Assembly: GCF_004010195.1 (NCBI RefSeq)
Contig: NC_057749.1
Coordinates: 18,268,488 to 18,332,487, forward strand
Reading direction: 5' to 3'
DNA: 64,000 nt
Source: Chiloscyllium plagiosum
Lineage: Eukaryota
The translations under genes and the position numbers were made by a program. The notes under the pieces were generated by a model that saw only the letters and a list, made by a program, of their open reading frames with translations, did no database searches and was not told where the DNA came from. Position 1 is the first letter of the stretch, and the number at the start of each line of letters is the position of its first letter. Of this stretch, positions 12,982 to 26,615 are shown piece by piece.

Positions 12982-13212
12982 AGAGTTGAGAGTGGGGTGC
13001 TGGAAAAGCAAGCAGGTCAGGCAGCATCTGAGGAGCAGGAGAATCGACGTTTCAGGCCGAAGCCATTCATCAGGAATGAGCTCATTCCTGACGAAGGGCT
13101 CCGGCCCGAAACATTGATTCTCCTGCTCCTCGGATGCTGCCTGACCTGCTGTGCTTTTCCAGCACCCCACTCTCAACTCTGATCTCCAGCATCTGCAGAC
13201 CTCACTGTCTCC
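12982..13212. mobile_element. Family A mini-PLE hairpin: arms about 99 bp, no spacer (centre GAG|CTC at 13080/13081), plus tail
   Basis: Arms are reverse complements; hammerhead core on both strands; imperfect flanking duplication CCAGTGAC..ATAAC. Confidence 0.85.
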
Positions 13213-14212
13213 CAGTGACGGAATAACTACACCACTGTCTCTTCCTGGGAGTTTGGTTTAACTAATTCATATATATGTGTTGATGCTCCACAAAAGCTTC
13301 CCCTTGCTTATTCTCAACCTATTGACATATCTTTCCTTTTCTTTCTCCCTCATGTCAGGTTCCCTGAGGAAATCTCAACAACTGCTTGAAAACCCACCCA
13401 CTCTGGGCAAGTAAATGTCTCTGGAATTCTCTACGCCTCCTAGCACCGGTCTTCCACATAGGTTTAAATATTTTCTCTAAGTCTATCCTATCAAAACTTT
13501 TCATAATCTTAAAGATCTCCATGAGGTCACCTCTCACTTCTCCGTTTTCTTGAGAAAAGAATGCCCATTTGTTCTTGATGTAACCTCTCATTTCTAGAAT
13601 CGTTTTCGGAAATCTTGGAGGGAATATTGTAACCAATTATAGTAATTGGAGGAACAGAATAACATTCTCCTGTCAGACCAGTTGTAATTTGAGACAAACC
13701 AGTGTGCTCAGGTGGTGCAGAAACTTGTGAATCATCTGCGAATATCAATTAATTTAGATGCTTAGAATTGTCCCTGCTGCCAAGAAGTCACTCTACAGAA
13801 GAAAACATAGTGATCCAGGCAGGGGATTTCAATTAGTCAGGATTCAATACTCTGAGTTACCTCCAGTGATCCTGCCCAATGTTGTTTTGCAAATCTCTTT
13901 GATTTCACTGGAGTTGGAGGGGATGCTCCCCTGTCATCCTGATTTGATTATAATCTGCAGTGTCAGAACTTCAAAAAGGTTCATTTAGGGATACCAGGAA
14001 CTGGATGAAATTCCAGTGGTTTGGCCTGCCCATGAGATACTCCAATGTAATTGTATTTCACTTTTACCTCCAGTGATTGGTTTTTGCTTTGTAGACCGGC
14101 AAGATTCCTTTCCAGCATTGTCTAAGATATATTGTAGACGCAATGAAAAATGCAAATGAAACCATTAATAATACCGAGGTAGTAAACAAGACTTACCTTG
14201 GATTCTGGGTAA

Positions 14213-15290
14213 TCCAAGATGGAGGACGGGAAGTAATTGTGGCTGTAAGAGCTGCTTTTTGAGGTATTTTAGGTGCTGGAGGTGATTTCCTTGAATTCCA
14301 GGAGCAGTAATTACTGTTTTATAAGCTGTTGCATCGTTTTGGAACTTTGGGGGAAAAAGATCAAAACAATGGCACTTTAAAAAGGAAGAAAAGAGATAAA
14401 GGTAGAGACCACATGGCCAGAGACAGAAACCTGCGCTGCTGTCTGACAGAGCAGTGAATTTGCACAGCTACTGCTTTTGCCGTGTGAGTTCAAGTATCTC
14501 TGGCTATTGGGGTGTGTCTGAGAAAAGTTAACAAATAGCAAAATTCACAGCTGACCTTGGAGGAACCCGTGTGAGAGCTCACAGCACAGGAGAAGCTAAG
14601 TGCATAATTTTTAAGATAATTGCGGTAAATCTACAATAGTGAGTAGAGTGGGTTATTTTTTGATTATATGTTTTATTGCGATCTGTCTCTTCATTAAATT
14701 TTTAAAATATAAAACATAGGTATTAAGTTAGCCAGGAGCAGTGTTTTTTTTAGAACAGTAAGACTGTGCTATTTTCTCTAGAGTCATAGAGATGTACAAC
14801 ACGGAAACAAACCTTTCGGTCCAACCCGTCCATGCCGACCAGATATCCCAACCCAATCTGCCAGCACCCGGCCCATATCCCTCCAAACTCTTTCTATTCA
14901 TATATCCATCCAAATGCCTCTTAAATATTGCAATTGTATTGTTCAGGTTCAAAGATGGCCTTTAGTAGAGCGGTGTGCTCTTCCTGTCAGATGTGGGAGA
15001 TTAGGGAGAATTTCCATGTTACAGATGATTATGTCTGCAGTAAGTGTGGTTGTGAATGCCATCAGATCGCATGGATCAGTTGGAGCGGTGGTTAGAGGCA
15101 ATGAGGAATGTACGGGAGCTGGGGGCTGTAATGGATGGCAGATACAGTCAGGTAGATGGATTACTGCCAGGAAAGGGAGGAGCGGGAGGCAGGTAGTGCA
15201 AGAGTTTCATGTGGCTATCCCTATCTCAAACAAGTATGCTGTTTTGGAAAATGTAGTGGGTGATGGACTCTCAGGGGAATGTAGCTATAC
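14213..15290 (+). mobile_element. CR1 5' region and ORF1 fragment, interrupted by a minus-strand CR1 tail (about 14780-14936)
   Basis: MAFSRAVCSSCQMWEI...DDYVCSKC zinc finger and VAIPISNKYAVLE are typical of CR1 ORF1. Confidence 0.7.
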
Positions 15291-15845
15291 AGGACATTGG
15301 ATCGACCTCTTTTGCAGTTCTGGTCTCCCTCTAATCGGAAAGACGTTGTAAAACTTGAAAGGGATCAGAAAACGTTACAAGGATGTTGCCAAGGTTGTAG
15401 GATTTAAGCTGTAGGAAGAGACTGAAGAGGCTGGGGCTGTTTTCCCTGGCGTGTCGGACGCTGAGGGGTGACCTTCTAGAGGTTTATAAAATCATGAGGG
15501 GCATGGATAGGGCAAATAGACAAGATCTTTTCCCTGGGTGGAAGAATCCAGGACCAGAGGGCATAGATTTAGGGTGGGAGGGAAAAAGTTTAAAAAGGAC
15601 CTAAAGGGCAACATTTTTTGCACAGAGGGTGGTGCGTGTCTGGACTGAGCTGCCAGAAGAAGTGGTGGAGGCTGATACTATTACAGCATTTAAAAGGCAT
15701 CTGGATGGGTACATGAATAGGAAGGGTTTCGAGGGATATGGGCCACGTACTGACAAATGGGACTCGATTAATTTAAGATATCTGGTCGGCGTGGACGAGT
15801 TGGACCAAAGGGTCTGTTTCTGTGCTGTACATCTCTGTGGCTCTG
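15288..15845 (+). mobile_element. CR1/HER1 LINE 3' fragment
   Basis: VRVWTELPEEVVEADTITAFKRHLDGYMNRKG and 3' tail. Confidence 0.88.
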
Positions 15846-17074
15846 CATCGCACTTTACATGGTCACTGCCTTTCAAAGCCTTTTACGATCATGTAAGCAT
15901 TTTAAAAATACAGTTACTGTCGTAATGGAGAATATTCAGTAGCCAAATGTACTCAGAAAGCTCCCACAAATTTTAGCTGAAAGTAAACTGATACGGAATT
16001 CTTGTGGTACGGTGGGTAATGTCCCTGCCTCTGAGGCAGAAGCTCCAGGTTCAATTCTCACTCCAAGACCTGTTGGCCAAGGAAAGTGGGTCCATTATGT
16101 GGGCACTATTACGTTGAGTATCAACTTGTCAATCCTTCAGGTACATACCAAAGGCAAGCACTAAGAACTGATGAGATTCCTGATCAGCCACATGAAGGAA
16201 ATACATTGGAGCCTTGGCCATCACTGCCTGTAGCTGTAGGCCACAATATGTATGTAAACGTGTCAGTTGTCATAGCGACTCGGACTGGGGCAGCTGGTGC
16301 GGTCTGGTGACAAAAGGGAGGTGCAATCCTCATTCTGGCCGGGGTTGTATTTGGGGTAAGCCACATTGCTCAGCCCTGCTCACTCCCTCACTGCTGTGGG
16401 AGAGCCTTGCCCTTGAGCAGAGAGCTAAGGCAGAAAAATCTATTTTAGATATGCTGACTGATGGATAATATTAGCCAGGGCACCGGGAATTGTCCAGTCC
16501 ATTTACTCTCAACTGCTGCTAGACTTTCCACTGTTTCTACCAAGTGTAATCCAATTAGACATAAACACAGAAGCAGAAATAGCTCATCGAGTCTAGTCAC
16601 CTTTTCCCAATTACCCATGATTCCCTTACCAACGAAATATGTCCGTTTCTGTTTTCAATATTCTGTCTTGAATCTTCTTAACAATCCAGCCTCTGTGGTA
16701 AAGAATTCCACACATTCACCATCCTCTGAAAGAAGCAATTCCTCCTTATTTTTAACTTAAATGTGTGACCCCTTATTCTGAGGTGATACCCTCTGATCTG
16801 AGACTCTCCCACAATCTTTCCACATCTACCCTGTCAAGTCCCCGAAGAACCTCGTGTGTTTTAATAAATTTGCCTCTCATTTTTCTAAGTTCTAATGAGG
16901 ACAGGTCCAATCTACTCAACCTCTCCTCATAAAGACAGTCCCTCCATACCTCGTATCAGTCTGGTGAACCTTCACTGGACTGACTCCAACACAGGTGTGT
17001 CTTTCTGTAAACTGTTCACAGGATTCCAGCTAAGGTCTGACAGGTGCCTTATGTAGTTTCAGGAAACTTCCCTC

Positions 17075-20000
17075 TTTTTTTATATAATATATTTTTATTA
17101 AGAAAAAATAGATTTTTAAATATTACAANNNNNNNNNNNNNNNNNNNNTTTTTAAAAACCTAAACTAGCTATTTAACTAAATAAATACCTAACAACAAAC
17201 AAATAAATAGTAATAACTCAGCCCAGCCAAACAACACACTCATACATTCACAGTTCCTCCTCCCTGGATATTGGACTCATGAAACACAATCGTTACGGCT
17301 ATATAAACATCCTTGTTAGTTTGGCAGATAAATCTGTGTCCAGGTATTTCAAAAAGGGTTGCCATGTCTTGTAAAAATTCTCAGTTTTGTGGTGTACCAT
17401 ATTTGTGAGAAAATCCAGGGGAATATGCTCCATAACAATCTTCCGCCAACCCGACAGGCCTGGAGGGTTTTTCTGCTATCCAACCTAGCAAGATATTCTT
17501 CTTTGCACAGAATGTAAGAATATTGAAAAGTTTTGCCTTATGTGAGTCTGTAGGGTAGGCCCAAAAGGAGCGAAATAGGGTCCTTCTCCACCCCTACACC
17601 TAAAATCCTCTCCATTGCACCCACCACAGCGCTCCAATATGTTTGAAGCCTGTCACAAGACCAAAGACAATGGGTAAGAGTACCCGTACAGACCTTGCAC
17701 TTGGGGCATGCTGAAGACACCACTGGTTTAAATTTTGACAAACGGTCTGGGGCTAAGTGGACCCTGTGGAGAATCTTCAACTGTGAAGCATGGGTCCTAT
17801 TGCAAATTGATATCTTCCTTGCATTCTCCCAAATATCCTCCCATGCCTCTGAAGAAACTTCAACACCCAGCTCTCTTTCCCACATCTTGCAGAGTCGATC
17901 AGACTCATCTGAGGTGGCACACCCCAACTGGTGATATAGAGTACTGACAGAGAGTGTACTCTTAGCCCTTAGTACCCCTCTCTCTATGTCAGATTTGTAG
18001 GGATCAGTCAAAAATGTGGTCTTTTTTTGAATAAAATCCCTAACTTGAAAAAAATGAAAGAGGTCTCTACTAGGTAACTCGTACTTCCGTACTAACTGAT
18101 CGAAGGACATCATTACATCTCCCTCAAATAAATCACCCATGCAAGATATACCCCTAGCTGCCCAACGTTTAAATCCTGAATCTATCATACCTGGTTGAAA
18201 ACCTAGCATACCCACTAAAGGTGTAAACAAAGATGTTTTGCCAATATTACCTTCCCTCTGCCAAATTGTCCTCCATGCTTTAACAGTATTGGTGACTATT
18301 GGGTTATGGCAATATTCCCTAACTGTCCTCACCTTGTCCAAAATCAGCAAACTGGTAAGGGGGCACCTTGCCTGGGAGACTTCGATATCTAGCCATATTG
18401 AAAGAGGGTCCCCACAAACCCAATCACTTACATAGGTCAAAAGCGAGCTTAATTGGTAATTTTTAATGTCCGGAAGGTCTACTCCCCCCAATCTGTGAGG
18501 CAACCGCAGTTTGGCTAATTTAATGAGGGGCCGTTTACGGTGCCAGATAAAGGAGCTGAACCAACTGTTCAGTCTCCTGAGTGTTTATTGAAAATCAGGG
18601 GGAGCATCCGTGTAGGGTATAGCAAACTAGGGAGAATATTCATCTTAATAAGCGCTATCCGACCCAACCATGAGACTGGAAGTGCCTCCCATCTTTGGAG
18701 ATCTTGTTTAATTTTTTCAAATAATTGAGTAAAATGGACTTTGAGCAGCCAATACAGAACTGGAGTAATGAATATTCCCAAACACGCAAACCCCCCCTGT
18801 GACCACCTAAATGGGAATCTATAGTCACTCTCAAGAGCCAACTCTTTCGTAAGACCACCCATAGGCATAGCCTCTGATTTAGCAAAATTAATCTTACACC
18901 CTGAAAAAGTGCCAAACGCGTGAATGCATTGTATCAGGCAAGGCACTGAGACTGCTGGATTTGTCAAGAAAATTAGAACATCATCTGCATACAGCGAGAT
19001 CTTATGTAACTTTGACCCCACTTCTGGAGCTGATATATTGAGATCCCCACGAATGGCCTCCGCCAATGGTTCAATAACCAACGTAAAAAGTAATGGTGAA
19101 AGGGGACAGCCCTGCCGGCTGCCCCTAGAAATATTAAAATTGCTTGATCGTACCCCGTTGATAATGACCGCCGCGAGAGGTACACTGTAGAGAACCTTTA
19201 CCCATCTTATGAAAACTTCGCCCAGACCAAACCGGTCTAGAGTATAGAAAAGGTACAGCCACTCAACTCGGTCAAATGCCTTCTCTGCATCTAAAGAAAT
19301 CACCAATCCCCGTATTGACTGCTGTTGAGGGAGACAAACATGACTATGAATCATTTAACATATTCCTTGTAGAATTCACTGGGAAGTCCATCAGGACCGG
19401 GCGCCTTTCCACTCTGAAGCTGCCTCACAGCTTCCTGCACTTCTTGCTCTGATAATGGGGCATTGAGAAAGGACTGTTGTTCGGGAGTCACAGCCAGGAG
19501 CTTCAGATCTCTAAAAAATGATTCCGTTTTGGCCTGCCCCTCCTCGCGATTCTCAGACTGATGTAATTTAGAGTAGAATCTCTGGAACGCCACATTAATC
19601 TTTTTAGAATCACATGTTAGGTTCCCAGACCCTTCCCTAATCGCTGTAATGGTTTGTGGGGCACTTCTCTTTCTGACAAGGTATGCTAAGTATTTGCCTG
19701 GCTTGTCACCATGCTCATATAACCTTTGCTTTGCAAAAGCCAGCTCCTTCTTTGCCATCTGCGTGAGCACGGAATTTAGTGCAGACCACAGTGCCATAAT
19801 CCTCTGTCAAAATAGGCCTTCTCGGCTGCCTTCAACCATCTCAACCACCTTCACTTCTCCCAGCTAGAGCCGCATCGCAAGCACAAGCTAAAAAGAATAA
19901 ACACCCCATAGAATATCAATATGAATTTAAAAAAAATTCTTTTATAAAAAAAAAAGGAATAAATACCCCACCCATCCTTTGGTATGTCCTAACTTAGAAA

Positions 20001-22305
20001 TTTAAAATGTACATCTTAACCACCGCCAGACATAGTTGCTGCTCACCCTTCTGCCGCTTCCTACTTGTGGAATATGAAATAACTAACCCTCTGGCATAAG
20101 CTTTGGCAGTTTCCCAGAGAACAGATGAGCTATCAACCAAGCCTATGTTGATGTCTAGGAATGCCCGAAATTCCCTAGAGAAATACTCCACAAACTTGCT
20201 GTCCATGAAAATAAAGGGGTCCATTCGCCAGTACCTTGAATCCACTGTAACATCCTTAATTTTAACTATGAGGTACACTGGAGCATGATCAGAGACGGCA
20301 ATATTACCAATCGTACAGGATGCCACCAGATCCAGGGTTACCACAGGGGTCAGAAATAAATCAATCCTCGTGTGAAATCTGTGCGGATTGGAGAAAAACG
20401 TGAAATCCCTACCTGTAGGGTGGAGACACCTCCAGACGTCCACCAACCCTAATTCCCCACACAAACCCAATAACTGTTTAGTTTGTGCCGAGGGTATCGA
20501 GGGACCTTTAGGCAACCTGTCTACTGTGGGGTCCATGAGGCAGTTAAAATCTCCACCTATAATGATGTGCCAAGACTTGAGACTTATCTGTTTAGAAAAA
20601 GCATCTACCAAGAATTTAAGAGGATGAGCTGGGGGACAATAAACATTTAAAGTGCCATATTCTTCCCCATTTATCAAGGCTTTAAGAATTACAAACCTCC
20701 CGTATGTGTCTTTAACACATTCCAACAATTTAAATGAGAGATTTTTCCTAATTAATATGGCCACTTCCCTACTTCTGCTATTAAATGATGAAAAATAAAC
20801 TCGGTCAAAGCCATTCTGCTGTAATTTCAGATGCTCCTTGTCATCCAAATGTGTCTCCTGTAACAAAGCAATATCCACCTTCTCCTTTCTAAGACTCAAG
20901 AGTGCCTTCTTCCTCTTAATTGGTGAGTGACTTCCCTTGATATTCCAGGTACACCATTTAATCAAATCATTAGTCATAATCTTCTGCAATTACATTTAAA
21001 TTCCAGAGAGGAGGAACCCGAACCACAAATTGCTAAGCCTTAGTGTCACATGATCCACCAAATATAAAAACTACATAAACTAAAACCACTACATTTAACA
21101 AATGTACAAAACTATTAAAAAATAAAAAACAACAAAAACCAGAAAACAAACCAACATATAAAGCGCCAATAGTGCTGAGTAGGGGAACTACAAGTCCCAG
21201 AGGAGGCACTACCTGTCCCGAACTGCCCATAAATAGGCATGTAACCATCTCAACCACCTTCACTTCTCCCAGCTAGAGCCGCATCGCAAGCACAAGCTAA
21301 AAAGAATAAACACCCGATAGAATATCAATATGAATTTAAAAAAAAATTCTTTTATAAAAAAAAAGGAATAAATACCCCACCCATCCTTTGGTATGTCCTA
21401 ACTTAGAAATTTAAAATGTACATCTTAACCACCGCCAGACATAGTTTGAACCAAATTATTATCAATAGAGGAAAAAAAGGGGAAAAACAAAGCTCCAACC
21501 GGATTTCCTCCATTTCTTTTACAGAATGATAAACGCATACCCAAGCAACAATATTTATACATATTACAATTGTTTAAATTAGGTTAGTTTGTCCACAAAG
21601 TCTCTTGCCTTCTCCGATGTGTTAAAGAGATGCATGGATCCATCTAAGGTGATCCGAAGCACTGCCGGATATCTCAGGGAGTACTGAATCCCAAGCTCCT
21701 TCAATCTTCTCCTGACACCATCATATGATTTTCATTTCTGGCTTCCTTACCCTCAGGCAGACCGATGATCCGAATGTTTTTCCTCCTGCCCCTGTTTTCA
21801 AGATCATCCACTTGGTCACGCAAATTACGAACCTGCGTCTTCAGGGCTTGGATCTCTTCCTTGAATGAACTGGCATCAGCTTCCACCACTGTGACCCTGT
21901 GCTCCACCTCATCCGTCCTCTTCTCCAGGTCTCCCAGCTGCTGCTCATGCTTCTGCAGCATGAGAGAGACTGGAGCCAGCTTCTCTTCAATCTGTTTCCC
22001 CAACATCTTGCGAGATTTCGAGAGCAGGTTCACCAGGTCGTGGAGAGTAATCGGCTCCGAGGGTGCTGCAGGCTGAGCTGCCGGCCCGGCCTCAGATGCT
22101 CCTCCTCCCATTTTAGGCATTTCTGGACAGCTGAAAATACAGGTAAGTCAATTTCTAAATGATTCTTGGGGCTCCACAATCTTTCCAACACCCCAAGAAA
22201 TCCTGATGACCTGGGTTGGGTGGGTTAAAGGATTGTCCTGCTCCTGCTGCGATGCAAAGCTCTGCAGTGTGATCTTCTCAGATCGCCGCCATCTTAGATC
22301 CCCCC
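17075..22305 (-). mobile_element. Near full-length decayed L1 (ORF1 about 22120-21550; ORF2 EN 20989-20040, RT about 19800-18500, C-terminal Cys motif to about 17300)
   Basis: ORF1 LENRGRRKNIRIIGLPEG; EN WNIKG..LQETHL..GGDFN..RIDLF..SDHAP; RT SLDAEKAFDRV, RQGCPLSPLLF, LYADD; CPKC..LTHCLWSC; poly-A end at about 17075; 5' GGGGGGATCTAAGATGGCGG; flanking AC(T/C)TCCCTC duplication. Confidence 0.95.
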
Positions 22306-24214
22306 ACCTCCCTCATTTTATACTCTATTTGTTTAAGCCATGCTGACTCTGCTTGACCATACTGTACATTTCTAAATAGTTTGCTATTACATCCTTTATA
22401 ACAGATTTTAATCCATTTCATTGTAGTCTCTATATAAATAGATCTAAAACAAAAATAGATTTTACAACTATTGTATATCCCTCCTCTGAGAAACTGAACA
22501 CTACATTGAAATCTTGAATCGAACTTTACACCTTGAGTTTTGGGCTGTGGGAACTGCAAGGGAGACTAGGAGGTTGTATATTCTCCATCTGTACAGGCTA
22601 ACAGTGTCTGTCCAGCCTCATCTGCAAGCAACAACCTTGTAGTGTACAGTTGACACATGCTAAAGAGGAGTCCTCCAGCTGTTTGACAACACAGCTGTCT
22701 CTGGTCCCCAGAAAGAAGTTGGTGATGCGGAAAATGAGTCGTTAACTGGGTTCTACTCATTGATTGGAACCTCTCCCGGTCCCTGGAGAAAGGCAGCAGA
22801 TGCAGCACACGCTGCCTGCCTAATCTGACGTAGCCCCGTGATTGATAGCAATGAGCTCATGAGGACTTTAACAAATGGCTATCACTTGGCCCAGGGCAGA
22901 TCAGCTTTGTTCACACCACATGACAATATTGTGCAGGGTTTGGCTGAGCGAATAGCTGCTGTGAAGGAAATGATCTGGGAATGCACTGTATTCTTTGGTG
23001 AATGTTGTTTTTGTGAGGGCCTTTGTGCTGCAGGTAGATCTTGTTAAATGTTATGAACTATTACATAGAAGACAAGAGCAATGGAAACCAGGAAACAGCT
23101 GCAAGTCCAGTGGGAAAGAGGCTAAATAAATGAAATGGCTGGTGACCACTTGGGATATGTGGATCCAAACAAAGTTGGTAGGTAGAGCTAGTGAGGTATT
23201 TGCATCACTATCAGGGAAGGTATCTGGGGTGTATGAGGAGATGAAGAAAGCCATCTTAAATGCATACGAGCTTGGACCAGAAGCCTACAGACAACATTTT
23301 AGGAATCAAAGGCGGGAACCTGGTCAAATGTACATAGAGTTTGAAAGGATCAAACAAAGTAATTTTGATAGATGGATGAATCAAACATACAACGCTCTTA
23401 GAGAGAGAATTATTTTGGAGGAGTTCAAAAATTCACTTTCTGAAATAGTGCGAACTCATGTGGAAGAGCAGAGAGTTAAAACAGCAAGATCAGCAACTGA
23501 AATGGCAGCTGATTACAAGTTGGTTCATAAATTAAAGTTTGGTTTCTGACATCAATTTCAATCTGTGAGGGATAGGAATTGGGGAAGGAGAAATCCTCTG
23601 GAGGTAAGGGATAAGGAGATCTCACTGACGATAATAAAGATTGTTTACCACATGAGGGGGAAAAGGGAAGTACAAAATGTTCAGGTGTTTCCACGGTAAT
23701 AAAGTAGGTTACATAACGTCACAGCGTTGGTTTAGAAAAAGCACTGGGAAGATGGAGATGGGAAAACAGGATAAGCCACTTCCTTTACCACTTGATGAAG
23801 GCGGAAAACACAGTGGAAGCTAAAAAGCCGCAAAAGAATGTATAACCTGGTCAAATGTTGGTTGAGAAGAAAGTGCCAGATCACTTTAAATAATTTACTT
23901 GTAAAGGTAAGGTCTACTCATGTATACCAGGAGGAGTAGGGAAAGAAATTAAGATTTTAAAAGATGATTCAACTTTTGATGGTGAGCTATGAGGAGATAT
24001 GTAATTCAGAAGGCGTATTGCCGGAAAATAATGGGAATGTGTAGAATTCATGGTGAGAAGAGCAGTGTTCCATTATATAAATTGAGGTTGGTGAGTCCGG
24101 TAAAAAGTGGAGAAGTGGTGCTGGGCGTAATAAAGAAATTCTCAGTTGCAGGAATACAGTTAATCTTTGGTAATGCTACAGGTTATCATTCATGCCTACT
24201 GTGGTTGAAAGGCC

Positions 24215-24342
24215 TTCCTGAAGAAGGGCTTATGCCCGAAACATCGATTCTCCTGCTCCTTTGATGCTGCCTGACCTGCTGCGCTTTTCCAGCAACACAT
24301 TTTCAGCTCTGATCTCCAGCATCTGCAGTCCTCACTTTCTCC
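24215..24342 (+). mobile_element. 128-bp family A mini-PLE with hammerhead motif, inserted in the Gypsy
   Basis: 10-bp TSD TTGAAAGGCC (24205-24214 and 24343-24352); TTC-CTGAAGA-A-GGGC-TTAT-GCCC-GAAA. Confidence 0.85.
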
Positions 24343-25990
24343 TTGAAAGGCCAGTGGAAAATCAGGCAACCGAGGGATTACAGGAAGTGTATCCTGGGAT
24401 TTTTCCAGATTATTGGTGGCAAATCCATAGAGGAGAAATCAAAGAATAAAGAATATGGTTGAGAAAAAAACAAGAACAGGTGGAGGACAAAGTTTTTAGT
24501 TTGGAGAAATTACTGAAGTACAACAGGAAGGGGAAAAACTAAAGCAGTTGAATCATAAAGCATACACAGCAGGAGAATCTGAGTGTATTCCAGAGTGTTA
24601 CTGTCTTAAAAATGAAGTCTTGATGAGGAAATGGAGACCATCACATATTCAAGCAGATGAAAAGTGGGCAGAAGTTCATCGAGTTGTATTGCCATTGGGT
24701 TATAGAAAGGGTAGCCAGTTGGAGGCCATTTGTGAATAAGGAAAACTCAAGCCAAAATAGAAAAAATATTCTTATTAGCCTGGACTGCATAAGGATGTGG
24801 TTGACTTTTGCCAGACATGTCATTTGGAAAATCTCAGGCAGTGATAAAACTAGCACCTTTAATATTCATTCCTGCATTTGAGGAAACTTTTACAGGATCT
24901 TCATTGATTGTGTAGGAACCCTACCTAAAACAAAGAGTGGGTATCAGTATTTGCTGACCATAATGGATGCGTCTACTAGATTTCCAGAGGCCATTCCATT
25001 ATGTAGTACCATGGTGAAAGGATTGGAAAAGATTTACTCAAATCTTTCACTAGATACGGACTACCTGCAGAGATACAATTAGATCAAAGATCAAATTTTA
25101 CATCAAAACTATTCAAGGAAGTTTTGGATAGGCCTACTAAACCTGACCTTTAAAGGTTCACCTACCACTGGAAGTAACACTGACACTTTATCTCTACTGA
25201 CAAAATTATCAATTTTTGATCTCTAGCCTGTTTCCTGTTTCATCACATGCTATGCTACTTTCAAATGCTGTCTAGACGACTCACCCGCTCTATTTAATCT
25301 TTTCCTAAGATTTGACACATAGTCCAAATGTATAAAACAATATGAATCCACTGTTTACCACCCAGAATCACAGGGAGCATTAGAACAGTGGTATCAAACT
25401 TCAAAGACCATGTTGAAGGCCAATAGTCAAGACTATCCGGGGATTGGGATAAAGGAATTCCATTTGTACTTTTTGCAGTTAGGGATGCACCTAATGAATC
25501 AACTAAATTCGGTCCATTTGTATTAGTTTTTGGGCATGAGGTAAGAGGACCGCCAAAGTTAAAGAGAAATTGGTTAGTCAGAGTTCAGAGACCATACATT
25601 TGGACTATGTGTCAAGAAGTTCTGAAAAGTTGGGATCAACTATTGAGATCATTCCAAACCTGAAGGAGTTATTATGATCACATGTGAGATATGTGGGAAT
25701 AAGATGGGAAATAGTGATCTAATTAAGCATGAAATAGAATGGGGAATGCTGTTCCAATTAAGCAACATCCGTATAGGCTTAATCCTCAAGTTGGCAGAGG
25801 TTCAAAAGAGATTGAACGCGTGCGCAAAGACAATATAATTGAAGGGAATTGCAGTGACTGGAGCTCACCCATTGTAATGGTACCAAATGTGGACTATCAC
25901 AAAGTCAACGAAGTTACCAACTCTGATTCATATCCTAATCCATGTTTGGAAGACTGTATTGAGAAGGTGAGACAAGCAATTTATATTTCT

Positions 25991-26615
25991 TATTTTTTAT
26001 AGATATTTTTATTAGAAATTTAACATTTTTACAAGTTTACAAAAATAAACAAAACTCTCAAATATAAACATTGTTATACAATTAAATCAATATACAATAG
26101 CCAAAATTTAACAAAAGAAAAAAAATACCGAAAAAGCAAAAAAAAAACTCAACTATCTACTAATCTAACCTACAACTAACCAGAGTGTATATTTAAGTCT
26201 CTTACATGCTCGGAATGTGTTAACATCAGATGTAATAAAACCCATATTCGTGCGGGATTCCTCTCCTAAGGGGCCCCGGACCAGCCAGGTTTGTAATCTC
26301 AATTAAATAAAAGCCCTTATTAGGATAGCCGAAATATCTGTATTTATGTAATTCAAGAAGGGCTGCCATATTTTATAAAATAATTCGGTCTTTCGGTGCA
26401 CCATATTTGTAAGGAAGTCAAGGGGAATACATTCCATAATTAATCTGTGCCAATTTGAAAGTCCAGGGGGGGCCCTCAGCCACCCAGTTCACCAAAATGT
26501 TTTTCCTTGCACAGAAAGAAAGAATAGAAAATAGTCTCTTCCCATGCATGTCCAGGGAGGGAAAGCGGTCCACTTTAATTTCCGTTCCTAAAATTTCTGT
26601 CAGGGTACTTGCTAC
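25991..26615 (-). mobile_element. 5'-truncated L1 inserted in Gypsy RT
   Basis: Similar to the 3' end of the L1 at 17075-17600; 15-bp TSD GCAA(T/C)TTATATTTCT. Confidence 0.85.

Noticed and set aside
23130..23549. Host SCAN-domain (ZSCAN-like) gene
   Set aside because: It is embedded in the Gypsy gag-pol relic and has no zinc-finger exon.
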